From Laetmonice hystrix (lineage: Eukaryota), in NCBI GenBank assembly GCA_965235115.1, contig OZ249440.1, forward strand, positions 32,800,001 to 32,864,000: a stretch of 64,000 nt of DNA, read 5' to 3'. Shown piece after piece: positions 36,831-49,282 of the stretch. The notes beneath the pieces are model-generated. The model did no database searches. It was not told where the DNA came from and saw nothing but the letters and a program-made list of their open reading frames with translations. The translations under genes and the position numbers were made by a program. Position 1 is the stretch's first letter; each line of letters opens with the position of its first letter.

Positions 36831-37687
36831 TGATACCCGTAACGCGACTCCTTGCTGATTAGTCTGGCATTCACTCTTAAGCTGGAGAGTCTACTCCCTC
36901 TGTTCTTCGTCTAAAAAACCATTCTCGCCCGCCACCTAGATCTGTAAAGGGCTGGTGGTAGGTTTCAGTGAGTAAATCGAGCCTATAGATCTAGATCTAT
37001 TAATAATCAAAAAAATCGTAACTGAATATAGAAATAAAGCCAAAGTGATAGGCCTACTGTAACAGGCTACACGTATGTCTATACTATAGGCCTAGGCCTA
37101 TATGCCCCCTACGATAGCCTTCGCGGCTATTTTATTTTAAAAAAAGAAAACACATTGAGTAAGCAAAGTCAAAGCCCTTGATATTATAGAGAAAGACGAG
37201 ACATTTTCTAAAGAAAAACTGAGTGGTTTGGGGACACTGTAGGCTGTCATGTAGGCTATTTGACCAAAGGGATATCTGTCTGTACCTATATCATTTGGAC
37301 TATGCAGGCATTATACATTGAATTGTCTTGCAGGATTACAGTCACGAGGGGTATCAGTAGCGTACCCGGGGGGGGGGGGCGCTTGGGGTGCTGAAGCACC
37401 CCCCTCAATTTTCTTTTTTGGTGCGCTTGTTGCCCACAGCCCCCTCACAAGTTGCAGCACCTGTACACGACGTTGGTTATTTCCAGCACCCCCCTGGGTC
37501 CAGTTTCTGGGTACGCCACTGCAGTATATAGGGGCCTAATCACTAAAGTCAGGTGGCTTAAATATTAGGGGCCTACAACTTTTCTCTTTAGGGACATTGT
37601 CAAAGTAATTGGGTTACCCCTGATGCCCGTGCATTTCAAAAAGAAAAATACAGCCAGGTGGGGTATACATAAAGTCCTAATCACTAG

Positions 37688-37780
37688 AGTGGCGGTGGCC
37701 GAGTGGGCATGGGTGTCGACACCTTATGCTATGCGAATGGGTGCAGTAATCTTGGGGCCGGGGTTCGATTCCTGTAGAGG
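37688..37780 (+). mobile_element. tRNA-derived SINE-like head
   Basis: A box GGTGGCCGAGTGG and B box GGTTCGATTCC; no convincing cloverleaf. Confidence 0.45.
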
Positions 37781-38283
37781 ACTATACAACTTTTCTCTCT
37801 TTAGGGACATTGTCAAAGTAATTGGGTTACCCCTGATGCCCGTGCATTTCAAAAAAAGAAAAATACAGTCAGGTGGGGTATATATAAGGACTTAATCACT
37901 AAAGTCAGGTGGCATATACACTCTTAAAAACAGATTGGTTAAAACAACCAGGATCCTGGTTAAAATCAACCGATCTTCTGCATGGATATGTGTCCAATCG
38001 ATCTCATGGTCAAAATAACCAATCCAATATCGTTACCCTATTAACCAAATGTGGATTGGTCGTTTGTTGACCAATATGCACTGTCATCACAACCATTATT
38101 TTGGTTAATACCCAGCAGGCAAAACTCATAGATTTTCTGTGGAATACACGTAGATATGACCCGTGGAATACGCCTGTATGTAATTTAAAAAGAGTAATCC
38201 ACGTGGATATGTCCATTTTATTTTAGCCATGATATGGCCGGCATGGTGGAGTGGTTACTGACTCCGAGACCCGTATTCCTTTT

Positions 38284-38357
38284 TGGCGCTGCTGGTGGGA
38301 TTCGAACCGTGGATGTCCTGATCATAGGTCGGCGTCTCTGCCCATTCGACCACGCTT
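38284..38357 (-). pseudogene. tRNA-like sequence (pseudo-tRNA/SINE head) ending in CCA
   Basis: Minus strand reads GCGTGGTCGAATGG...GGTTCGAATCCCACCAGCAGCGCCA; the acceptor stem is poor. Confidence 0.45.
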
Positions 38358-38727
38358 GGAACTTGAATCTTCCACGGTTGAAATACTGTTTTTCCTCGTG
38401 TTGCTATCAATAAACCCCCTAGTGTTAGCGAGGGGGTTTATTGATAGCACCCCTCGGTTGATTATTTTTTCTCGAAAGAAACCAAGGAGTTCTAGACACA
38501 AAATTAAGTTTTTATGTAAATAAATTGTTGAAAGTAAACAAAGAATCTAGAGGGGTGTTCATAGCCCTGCCTACCAGATATACGTAGCAGTCAATATAGA
38601 CCTGGGGACCGTCGACTGGGGGTGCGAGATTGATCAGTGACCAAGTTTTATTAGTTGAAACTGAAACCAAACATATTGGTTAGCTGCCAATGCACTGTAT
38701 TGATCAAAAAGTATCAAGTATATAGGG

Positions 38728-38955
38728 CCCTAGTCGCTACAGTCAGGTGGGGTATATCGGCCGAATCACTACAGTCAGGAGGGATATATAGGGGCCTAAT
38801 CAGTAGTCAGGTGGGGTACATAAGGTCCTAAGCACTACTGTCAGGTGGGGTATATAAGGACCTAAGCACTACAGTCAGAGGGGTATATAGGGACCTAATC
38901 ACTAGAGGTGGGGTATATAGGGGCCTAATCACTACAGTCAGTAGGGGTATATAGG
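38728..38955. repeat. ~34-bp degenerate tandem repeat (CCTAAGCACTACAGTCAGGTGGGGTATATAAGGA); related units at 37525-37915
   Basis: About 6-7 visible units. Confidence 0.8.
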
Positions 38956-40169
38956 CCCCCCCCTGGATCCGCGCCTGCATAGGGGGGCCTAGATGTTAGT
39001 TAGCTTTTTCAGCTAGACTGCCCCCCCCGAACCCCTGGTCTAATCAGGGTGCCTGTCAGGCGTGACCCTGCCTTGCTGTCCACGGGCACTATGATAACAT
39101 GAGTGGGGTATACACGCTGATAATCCGGGCCCCATTATGTTATATCATAGTTTTATATTGAAAGAGGGCCTATATATAGGCGAGAGAAGAGACGTTTCGA
39201 ATGTCTTCGGTGGTGTCTTAGGCCCTAAATATAAGGCAGGTCCCTTCCGGTTTATGCAAAACTCAAACAAGTTTGAAATGATCTGTCCAAGTATTCACCG
39301 CGTTACGTCTATCATTTCACCAACTTCAACTTGCGTTACGATGATCAGCTCAGCGCGTTACGGGTATCCTCGCCAAATCTTCCGCATCCATTTTCTCGTA
39401 ATTTACGCCCTGCTAGGACCCTAAAATAAGACAAACGGCGGTCTACACTGTTATCATGATACTCCGACGTTGTCTGATGTTGTTGATGCACCGTAGCCCT
39501 TGTAACTTGGACAAAAACACGCGAAGCGAGCATCGGGATCCTCCATCTTGGATCAGCGTAACGCCCGTTAAGATGACCAGTGTGTAGCCAGTGATTAATA
39601 GGGGAGGGGGCCAGCTGCCCCCCTGGGATTTCCGTTGTTTTTTTTTACCCACACCCCGGGCCAGCTCGACCGAGGCAACGAGGCGCTATCACGCGGCAGG
39701 TCTATTGCCCTCTCCCCCACGTATTCGTTGTGGTGTCGGCCCTTTCGTTCAACATGCCCCCTGGCGACAGTTTCTGCCACTAGTCGTTATAGCTGAAATC
39801 CAGGGATGATCACGGCGCTCAGTAAAAGAAGGGAAAGTAGCGCCCAAACTTTTTATTGTTTTGAATGAAAGACCTACACTTGATGTCACTTATGGGCAAA
39901 AATAATTGTCCCAATCCCTGTGGCAGTGGAGATATCACAGTGTGAAAATGTTGTACTTTTCAATATTTTCAATACCTTCAATTCCAGGATGTTCAGAAAA
40001 AAACATGAATACGAGAAGATGGCATAAGACCTCTACCTTAATATCCCTTAATATCCCTATTAGTAATATGTGGTCCTTTGGCTAGGAAAGGTATGAGCCC
40101 GATCCGTTATCCAGTGGGTTATCACCTCCTGCAGATTTTTGCATGGTCCACTCATGCAATGACACTTAA

Positions 40170-40620
40170 GAATTTTGTATGCCCATTAACCATCATTTTT
40201 GGGCCAAAACGAAGGGTACCCACACTAGCCGCGTTGAGACTACTGCAGTGGGCACTATTACTGATGGCATACAACTATGACATCCAATACCCCAGATCAA
40301 AGGAGAACCAGTGGCAACGGGGTGTCAGTCCGCCAACGATCAGGCAGAAAACGCAGTTCTGACAGCAAAAAGGGTTTTAACAATTACAAACAAATTTTAT
40401 ACTGGAGACTGGGAAACTCAGGTGCAAAGGGTTTCGCAAGCTTGTTGTTCAGCTACCGTTGTACACCACATACCGCCGGGGAAATCACTTTACATTGCTT
40501 AAACCCAGTCTTGAGCAACATTTCCACATGAAACAAGCCCAGATGAAGGAGCAATATGATGGTAAAAACTATTTGCCTGAATTCCAACCAGAAGAGGGGA
40601 TTCAAGTCAAGAATTCCGAA
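40170..40620 (+). pseudogene. Degenerate Gypsy pol fragments (RNase H / integrase)
   Basis: PLTIIFGPKRRVPTLAALRLLQWALLLMAYNYDIQY; ANDQAENAV; LLFSYRCTPH, in different frames. Confidence 0.7.
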
Positions 40621-41118
40621 CAAACTGGCGGAAGTAATTTAATGTATATAAACTACGTGTATATAAAATTAAATATTGCTTTGTGAGGCCATGCAGAAAC
40701 AGTACACTAGTAGGTGAATCAATCCATGTCTGATGCCCTTTTTTCAATGAATCCTTGATCTTACACTCGCGCTCCCTTGGATTTCCTTAAATACTCACTT
40801 GTATACCGCGCAAAGCTTCATGGGAGAAAACTAGCCCAAAATGGCGGCCATCATCAGAATTAATGGAACGTATATTTTTGGTACAATTTGAAGTTGTAAC
40901 AAGTTTTAAGTGAAAGCTAGTGTAATTATTGTAGTGATGCTATGTATACCATACATGACAAGTTGTAGGTGTCGCCACCTATCGGAAATGTCAACACCTA
41001 CGGAAACCGGAAATAAAGAGGGTGCCGGGAAAACGGCCATGTTAGAAACAGGCTTGTGAACATGCACGCGTTATGCAACTAAGCTAAGGCAAAACATCAC
41101 ATTGGCGACGAGGTAACC

Positions 41119-42105
41119 ATGGCCGACTCGCTTTTCTTCCCGGAGTTCGATGTCCACTCCTCGGGTGCTGCCGGCAGATGGAGACGGTACATCTCGAGAT
41201 TCGCAAATATGCTATTGGCGAATAACATTGTCGATGACCACAATCGAAAGCGCGCGCTCCTGCTCCACTTTGGGGGGGACGATCTCAACGACAACGTCGA
41301 CGGGCTGCCGGACGATGGCTTCGATGCACCATATGTTCCACGTGAGGGAGAACGACCACCGGATGCGTACGAAAGGCTGAGGGATGCTCTAACCAGGTAT
41401 TTCACCCCGATGGCTAACGTGGAGTATGAAGTTTATAAATTCCGCCAGCGGCATCAGCTGGAATCAGAGACGCTAGAGGGCTATCACAATGCTCTCCGAC
41501 GACTAGCACGCACCTGTGATTTTCAAGACGCTGACCGTGAAATAAAATCACAACTTGTCCTAGGCTGCAAATCGTCACAGCTGAGGAGACGTGCCCTGAG
41601 GGAGCCTGACCTTACTCTAACTCGCTTACTCGAGATTGGCAGGATCATGGACGCCTCTGAAACCCAGGCAGCTGAGATGGAAGAAGACGTGAGTAAGCTA
41701 GAAATTAATGCTGTCAACAAAGCAAACATCCGGTCATGCAGACAGGACGCAGACTCTCGCAAAGCTACACCAAATGGCCAGAAGCCTATGTCAACGACAA
41801 AGCAGACTCAGTTCAGACCTCAGCGATCAGACTGTCTATACTGTGGGGGCACTCATGTACTGGGTAAACGCAATTGCCCAGCCGCCGGTCGAACATGTTA
41901 TAACTGTGGGAAAGCTGACCATTTCTCCCAGGTATGCGCCAGCAAGGATGACACAAACCCATTTTACAGGAAGAAGCCAGTGGGGAAACCCCGAGGCCGA
42001 GGCAGAAGGAGTCCATATCGATCTCAAGCACGTTCTATGTGGTTAACAACCCCAACAGTGGCAACCTCCTCACCTACAAGAGTGCACTTCGTCTGGACAT
42101 CATAA
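41119..42105 (+). CDS. Gypsy gag with two CCHC zinc knuckles
   Basis: W.RY..RF, KRALLLH, FRQRHQ..SE; CLYCGGTH....CPA and CYNCGKADHFSQVC. The C-terminus runs into a deletion. Confidence 0.9.
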   Translation: MADSLFFPEFDVHSSGAAGRWRRYISRFANMLLANNIVDDHNRKRALLLHFGGDDLNDNVDGLPDDGFDAPYVPREGERPPDAYERLRDALTRYFTPMANVEYEVYKFRQRHQLESETLEGYHNALRRLARTCDFQDADREIKSQLVLGCKSSQLRRRALREPDLTLTRLLEIGRIMDASETQAAEMEEDVSKLEINAVNKANIRSCRQDADSRKATPNGQKPMSTTKQTQFRPQRSDCLYCGGTHVLGKRNCPAAGRTCYNCGKADHFSQVCASKDDTNPFYRKKPVGKPRGRGRRSPYRSQARSMWLTTPTVATSSPTRVHFVWTS

Positions 42106-44849
42106 GCTCTATCCATGCTGTCACCAGCATGCAGCCAGCTCCGTGCCCCAGACAACCACTAGGGAAGCTAAAAGACTATCAGGCCCACCTGTTCATTGAC
42201 CCAGATGTCCCAGGAGTAGTCCAGACAAGACGACGCATCCCACTTCAGCTTCGGAAACCTGTAGAAAGTGAACTCGCCCGACTTCTTGATCTAGACATCA
42301 TTGAAGAGGTTAATGAACCCAGCGAATGGGTATCTCCCATCGTACCAGTCAAGAAAAGCAACAGCAATGAAATTTGCATCTGTGTAGACATGCGCGAAGC
42401 GAATAAAGCAATATTCATGAGATGACGGGTGCCAAACACTTCAGCAAAATTGACTTAAAAAATGCTTACCATCAGATCGAGCTTGACGATTCTTCACGCA
42501 GAATCACAACGTTTGCCACCCATGTGGGGATCTTCAGATACAAGAGGTTGATATTCGGTGTAAATTCTGCAGCTGAAATCTTTCAGAAGGCACTCAGCCA
42601 AGTTCTACAAGGACTGCCCGGCGTCATGAACATAAGTGATGATATTCGAGTCTACGGCAAAACACGTGATGAGCTCGCTGGACGGGTCACCACGGTTCTC
42701 AACAGACTAAAGCAGCATGGATTCGAAGTGAACATGGAAAAATGTTTGTTTGACCAAACCTCTATACCCTTCTATGGCATGATATTCGGCAAGGGAGGTG
42801 TTTCCCCAGACCCTGACAAGGTCGAAGCCATTGTCAACGCACCAGATCCACAAAATTCCAGCGAAATTCTCTCCTTGCTCGGTATGCTGCAATATTGTTC
42901 ACGCTTCATCCCGGATTATGCTACAATCACGCACCCTCTACGCATACTCACGCACAAAGGAGCAGAATGGAGATGGCAGGACGCACAGAGGGAGGCCCTA
43001 GAGACACTTAAAGGACTGGTCACGAGGAAACCAGTGATGGCGTACTTCAACCCGAAGCTAAAGACGGAGATCGTAGTCGATGCAAGCCCAGTTGGCTTAG
43101 GTGCGATCCTAATGCAGAGGATGACAGATGATGCCAACCCTGAGATTGTTGCTTACGCTAGTAAAGCACTGTCACAAACGGAGCAGCGCTATTCTCAACT
43201 TGAGCGAGAGGCCCTAGCTATCCTGTGGGGGTGTCAACACTTTCACATGTACATATTTGGCCTGCCAGTGACAATTATTACAGATCACAAGCCACTCACC
43301 AAAGCCTTTGCCAACAAAGCCCCGTCTGCCAGGATCCAACGATGGTCTCTTCTGCTACAAGATTACTGCCCAACGATCATCTACAAGCCTGGCAAAGACA
43401 ATCCCGCAGACTTTCTCTCAAGACACCCATGCAACAAGAGCCAGTCTGCTCATTCACACTCCCACACAGAAGCTTACGTGAATATGATTGCCAAGACAGC
43501 GGTACCCAATGCAATGACCCTAACTCAGGTACAAGAGGCAAGTCGTATAGACCCAACAATGGGAAAACTCCGTGAATTGGTGTCTACGGGAAAATGGCAT
43601 GAAGCAACAACTCACTGCAAGGGGATCGATAGTAAATTCCTACAAAAGTGTGCAAACGTTCGCGATGAACTGTCTGTGTCAGAAGATGACATAGTGCTAC
43701 GAGGAAAACGCCTGGTGCTGCCTAAGTCCCTTCATCGACAAGCAATTAAACTCGCCCACACAGGCCATCAGGGAGCAGTAAAGACAAAACAACTGTTGCG
43801 TACAAAAATTTGATTTCCTGACATAGACAAGCAGGCAGAGGAGCATGTGAAGTCCTGTGCACCATGTCAGGCGGCAACCAATCAAAACTGTCGGGAGCCG
43901 CTGCAAATGACCCGACTGCCAACTGGCCCGTGGGTCGAAGTTGCTGCTGATTTCAAAGGGCCACTTCCAGATGGAAGACAACTACTAGTCGTAATAGACC
44001 TCTACTCACGCTACCCCTTCGTCAAGACGGTACGATCAACCTCAGCAGCCTGCGTGATTCCAGTCCTCGATGAGATATTTGCCGAGCAAGGAATACCCAA
44101 AACACTCATAACGGACAATGGCCCACCGTTCAATGGCCAGGAATTCAGCAAATTCTCAACAGGTGACCCCATATTGGCCGCAAGCTAACGGTGAGGCGGA
44201 GAGGATGATGAGAAACCTCAACAAAGTCATCCAGTGTGCCTCAGTGGACCGAATACCTGTTCTCCGAGCTATCACTGAATATCTCCGCAGCTATCGTGCC
44301 AAGCCGTACTCCTCCACTGGGGAAAGTCCAGCTGTGCTTCTCTTTGGCAGGGAGATGAGAGGATACCTACCTGGAAAATGTACCAGAAAACCAGTCAATG
44401 AAGACCAATTGAGAAAGAAGGACTTCCTCGCTAAAACTAAAATGAAAGCCAATGCAGACAGAAAATCCTCAAGATCTACATTACAGCAGCAGCCTGCAGT
44501 TGGTGATACGGTACTGGTCAAGCAAATAAGAATCCACAAGACAATGCCACAGTTTGATCCAAAACCATATATTGTGACACATCGCAAAGGAACCAAGATC
44601 ACAGCACAGCGACCTGGGCACGCAATTACTCGGAATGTGTCCATGTTTAAGCTGATCCCTCATCGTCCATTCACACCGGACACTGAGTATTATGATGATA
44701 TTGAGGAACCAAACCCACTGAAACAACTACATGGACCAACGGGAAATGCGGAACCGGATCGCGTGAGACCGAGGCCGGCCCCACCACAACCTAGACGCTC
44801 GGCCAGGATCAGACGACCTCCTGACCGTCTCAAAGACTATACAACCTAG
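42039..44849 (+). pseudogene. Gypsy pol (protease remnant, RT, RNase H, integrase), disrupted
   Basis: WVSPIV, KIDLKNAYHQ, ISDDI, VDASPVGLG, TDHKPL, AHTGHQG, VIDLYSR, TDNGPPF, QANGEAER. Protease DTG motif absent, frameshift at ~42422, stop at 43811, frameshift at ~44160. Confidence 0.93.
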
Positions 44850-46090
44850 ATGTAGACACTCTGGACAGCAATGATAGTATACTCTTTCAACATTAACGAT
44901 TAACCTTATCCAAGAAGATTAGCGATAAAGACTTTAGTGATAAAGACTTTGTAACGAGCAGTCAAGACTGCCAAAGCTTAATGTGTTTGGGAACTGTAAC
45001 AGTGAAAGCGACCTCTCCAACTAAACCCAGCATGGACGGGTTTTAATTTTGATTTGCTTTAATTATCTACTAAGAGTTTAACCACTTGCTTAAAATGTTT
45101 GAGCTTAACATTTGTTTAAAAGGGGAGATATGTAGTGATGCTATGTATACCATACATGACAAGTTGTAGGTGTCGCCACCTATCGGAAATGTCAACACCT
45201 ACGGAAACCGGAAATAAAGAGGGTGCCGGGAAAACGGCCATGTTAGAAACAGGCTTGTGAACATGCACGCGTTATGCAACTAAGCTAAGACAAAACATCA
45301 CAATTATGCACACTCTTTGATGGTAGGGCGATTCTAGAATTAATAGGCCTATTGACCGAAGCCAGCTTACAAAGGTTTACTGCTGATCCTAGTCTCCTGT
45401 CAGATGTCAACTCGCCAATGTTGTTGTCGATGAAGGTGCCGGGGGGGGGGAGGAGTTGCAAACAAAACGAGTTTTAAACTGTCTTTGATTAAACGTTTCT
45501 GTAACCGCATGGCGTTTATTTTTACTACTAGATTGAGCCACAAAGATCACTTGTGTAAATACCTATCACAATTCATCCTTTCATCATTACCCATGTTGTC
45601 CTAGTTATGATGGTGGAGGTCCTGTATTGATCTGCACAACCCCCATTTCTGGGGGTGAAACAGCATGTGCTGCGAGTGCCACCTGGCGAGTATGTCCTTT
45701 ATCTCTTGACAGAGTCACTATGTGATGTACATACCAGTATCGTAACACTGAGAAGGGGACCATGATCCTCACTATGTAGAGGTCTAGCTGTAAAAAACTA
45801 GATTGGCCAGAATTCTAGCTGGATATGTTCTATGCTGACACTGCATAAAACAATGTTACTCACTCACTCACTCACCCATGACTCGCGACATGCAAGAATG
45901 GCAGCATTCTCACATTGGTATTTGCGCTTCCATCAGCATCAGGGTAAAAATCACTGCTTTCTACTCCTAGCACTGTCACATGAGTATACATTCAGCCCAC
46001 CTCGGGACTGTCCGGGCCAGATCCTCTCGGCCCTCGCACAGTCGTCACCATGTTGGACATTCTTTTATCACGGGACACAACGTGGTCAAA

Positions 46091-46260
46091 ATGGCAACGG
46101 CCAACACACCGACAGAGGTGAAGGACAAGCAGTGTTTGGCTTGTTTAAAAACAGATCTCCGCTTGATACCTCTGACAAGTGGATTAGACGTCAAAGAAAA
46201 TCTATTCAGGTCTCTATAGATACTTTTTTAGATGTTGACCTTCCTATTGGCATTGTTTAT
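46091..46260 (+). other. Short degenerate ORF with CxxC (zf-AD-like?), resembling ORF 24-350
   Basis: MATANTPTEVKDKQCLACLKTDLRLIPL...LFRSL, then FLDVDLP in another frame. Confidence 0.25.
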
Positions 46261-46764
46261 CATCTCACTCGGGATTCCCTCGGGATTCCGTCAGGCATAT
46301 GACGTCATTTCTCATGTCGGTAAAAGTCGTATGATTTCATAAATACTGCAAAACTGAATGTGTCGCAGCTGCTAAGAATGATCGAGACTGCAAATCTCAA
46401 GAAATTATCCATCTTTCCCGATGAACAATCCCGCGTTAGGCCGAATACCGACGATCTATAACTACTTTGCGCACTACACGAGCTGTGATGTGCCCAAACC
46501 CGTGGAATCTCTGTCATATCTCTATGGCTTGCGAGGTCCGAGACCACAACTAGCGAAGCGACCAGAAGTTGGGCCGAGATGTTCCGAATGATGAGTATAA
46601 TGCATAAATTTCAAGATTTCAGTCGATTCCACCTGCAATAAAAACTTTTTAAACTCTATGGTGCTCTGTGCACACAAGTTATTGAAAGCATGGCCATGTC
46701 AAGAAATCCATGCAGGAATGGTCAGCTGTCAAATGCCAGCAAGGAAAATTGCACAATGGCATAG

Positions 46765-47350
46765 ATATGTGGATTCTGGTGTTCACAATGGTGTAGATAT
46801 GTGGATTGTGGAGTCCACAATAGTGTCAATATGTGGATTCTGATGATGTCCATAATGGTGTGGATCTGTGGATTCTGGTGCCCACAGTGGTGTGGATCTG
46901 ATCTGTGGATTCTGGTGTCCACAATGGTGTGGATCTGTGGATTCTGGTGTCCACAGTGGTGTGGATCTGTGGATTCTGGTGCCCACAGTGGTGTGGATCT
47001 GATCTGTGGATTCTGGTGTCCACAGTGGTGTGGATCTGTGGATTCTGGTGTCCACAGTGGTGTGGATCTGTGGATTCTGGTGTCCACAGTGGTGTGGATC
47101 TGTGGATTCTGGTGTCCACAGTGGTGTGGATCTGTGGATTCTGGTGTCCACAGTGGTGTGGATCTGTGGATTCTGGTGTCCACAGTGGTGTGGATCTGTG
47201 GATTCTGGTGTCCACAGTGGTGTGGATCTGTGGATTCTGGTGTCCATAATGTTGTGGATCTGTGGATTATGGTGTCCACAGTGGTGTGGATCTGATCTGT
47301 GTATTCTGGTGGTCACAATGGTGTGAATATGTGAATTGTGGTGTCCACAA
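46765..47350. repeat. 32-bp minisatellite GTGGATTCTGGTGTCCACAGTGGTGTGGATCT (some 37-bp variants)
   Basis: Directly visible; the overlapping repetitive ORFs here are artefacts. Confidence 0.97.
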
Positions 47351-47485
47351 CGGAATAATCGCTGCAGCTCTACTGATGCAGACAGGCCTGATTTAAGAAT
47401 TGTAAGAATATTAGAGCCATACCTAGTTTCTCTCCTGATTCAGACATTGTGGATAATAAGAACTGAGAATTAGAAGAGTTCTTTA

Positions 47486-47619
47486 TTATGAAGGATCTTC
47501 CATTTGCCCACTGCATGGCTTGACATCAGTTAGTTTATCTTCTGGCTGAAGAAGTTGAATATAATATTGCAATTTCTTTGCTGTCCACCAACTGTGTTTG
47601 TTGCTAAAGTGTATGATGT
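47486..47619 (-). CDS. SEC14L2-like: SEC14-like protein, terminal coding exon (GOLD domain end)
   Basis: ttttcAG acceptor, phase 1; YIIHFSNKHSWWTAKKLQYYIQLLQPED...EDPS*. Matches the Y.L.FDN.YS...K.V.Y pattern of SEC14L GOLD domains. Confidence 0.88.
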
Positions 47620-47832
47620 CTGAAAAAAAAAAACAGAAAGCAATATCAAGACAGTTTAAAAACAAGATATATTATATCTGTGCAAAACCGAATGATACAA
47701 ACAAGATATATTATATCTGGGCAGAACTGAATGAAAAAGGTACCAGCATGAATACTTTTTGAGAACTAGTTTTCCGTAATGAAATTTCTGACTATTGGAA
47801 CCTTTATCATGGAGTGAAGATCAAAGGTCAAA

Positions 47833-48536
47833 TATTATACAAATATGGCACTTGATTGAGTGAAATATGAAAATTTATGGCACGATGGTAACTGATATTG
47901 CACGACGCGAAGCGGATGCAACATCAGTTTGCAGAGTGCCATAAATTTTCATATTGCACGATACCAAGTGCTGTATTTGTTTTATTTTATGACTGCCACA
48001 CTTTTCCTGTCTATGCCAGAACCCATCGACGACTGCACAGTCAGTTTAACTTTACTCCATAAGACTCATCATCTAGACCTAGGCCTACCGGTACGCTGAG
48101 CCTCAGTGAGTCTCACTCACAATTCTACCAGTAAACCATGATCAAAACCATGACCAATCTTAACAATCAGTCACCACATAAACTTCTCATGTCGGGAAAT
48201 TAGATAGGCTACGGGATCCATCGTGTTCACGACTGCTTTATCTAGCTAGGCCTAGAGCTAGCCTAGACTAGAGGCTATACAAGATTCTGAACTCAGCCTC
48301 GCGTAGTTTCCGTTTGCTATCATGCGCTGTCACCCCTCCAGGCTGTTATATTAAACTTACGTTAAGAATGGCTACGCGCATATTTGCACGAGGGGGTGAA
48401 AACACTTGACGGCAGTGAAAAAGTAATATTGACTGGTCAATGTTACTTTTTCCGTGCAATATTAGTTTTTATCTCTGATCACGTGACAGGGAACTGACCA
48501 ATCAGGACAGGGAAAGTGCGGCAGCCATAAAATAAA
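47833..48536. mobile_element. Non-autonomous Crypton-like element (terminal hairpin plus offset inverted repeats)
   Basis: Hairpin AATATGAAAATTTATGGCAC...GCGAAGCG...GTGCCATAAATTTTCATATT. TTTATTTTATGACTGCCACACTTTTCCTGTC (~47981) is inverted at ~48505-48536. Class is an inference. Confidence 0.45.
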
Positions 48537-48664
48537 GCAAGATGCAGAAAATCTCAGTTACAGTCCTGTCATTTATAGTGGTCCTCCCCAATTAATCTGG
48601 GAAATAAGATCTTTCTTTGATAAAATATTTCAAGATACTCTTGACTCTGACAAATGACACTCAC

Positions 48665-48858
48665 AAGTTCCTGGGTGCTCACATTCCCAGTATCCATCCT
48701 CAGGAATCACGTGACAGTCTATCCGAGTAACCGCTATCAGCTCCACCTGGTGTCCATTTGGTCCAAGGTCACGTGACTCTTCTGCACCGTCTGTGGGCGG
48801 CTCAGTCACGTACGTTATGCCAAATTGGAGATCATGTCCCTCAGTTCGGAAGAGCCAC
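48665..48858 (-). CDS. SEC14L2-like: SEC14-like protein, penultimate exon (GOLD domain)
   Basis: catcAG/GTgagt; 194 nt, phase 2 to 1; WLFRTEGHDLQFGI...VELIAVTRIDCHVIPEDGYWECEHPGT. Confidence 0.92.
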
Positions 48859-49282
48859 CTGATGAGGAAGTCAAGACTGAGATATCACAATTGACAGAAT
48901 ATGGCCTAATCAGTAAGTCAGTAACTAATAAGTACCCATCAGCCCCCAATAATCCCTCCTAAAACCAGCCTCATTACCTCCTACCCTCCATTTGACATTT
49001 CTACAGAATATTCTACTTTACATTCCTTGAAGAGATTTTCCAATGTTTCATGCGCTTTATAGGAGAAACTCAAGATTTTCAGAAAAATAAAATCACGTCT
49101 CTGCCAGTGTAAAGGCAAGTTGGAAATACACCGTGATGTAAACTGAATGAAAGTAAAGAGCGCTTTTTTTTGCCGCTTACAACTTAATATCCATCTCAGA
49201 GTGTTAGAATTCCCCCATCATGGCACATGTCATAAATATACTAAAAATACTTTTAGGGTCATTCCGTGTCAAATCAACCAGT

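Larger units (their letters stand above)
40930..45302 (+). mobile_element. Gypsy/Ty3 LTR retrotransposon (Mag-like), full-length ends, defective interior
   Basis: 172-bp LTRs 40930-41101 and 45131-45302 (TG..CA, one mismatch seen); 5-bp TSD ATTAT; PBS TGGCGACGAGG (consistent with a tRNA-Ser(GCU) 3' end); PPT AAAAGGGGAGATA. Confidence 0.97.

Noticed and set aside
42620..42650. RT motif ISDD instead of YxDD as an inactivating change
   Set aside because: To my knowledge NISDD-type motifs are normal in this Gypsy group.
46722..47326. Multiple long overlapping ORFs
   Set aside because: Artefact of a stop-poor 32-bp minisatellite whose period is not a multiple of 3.
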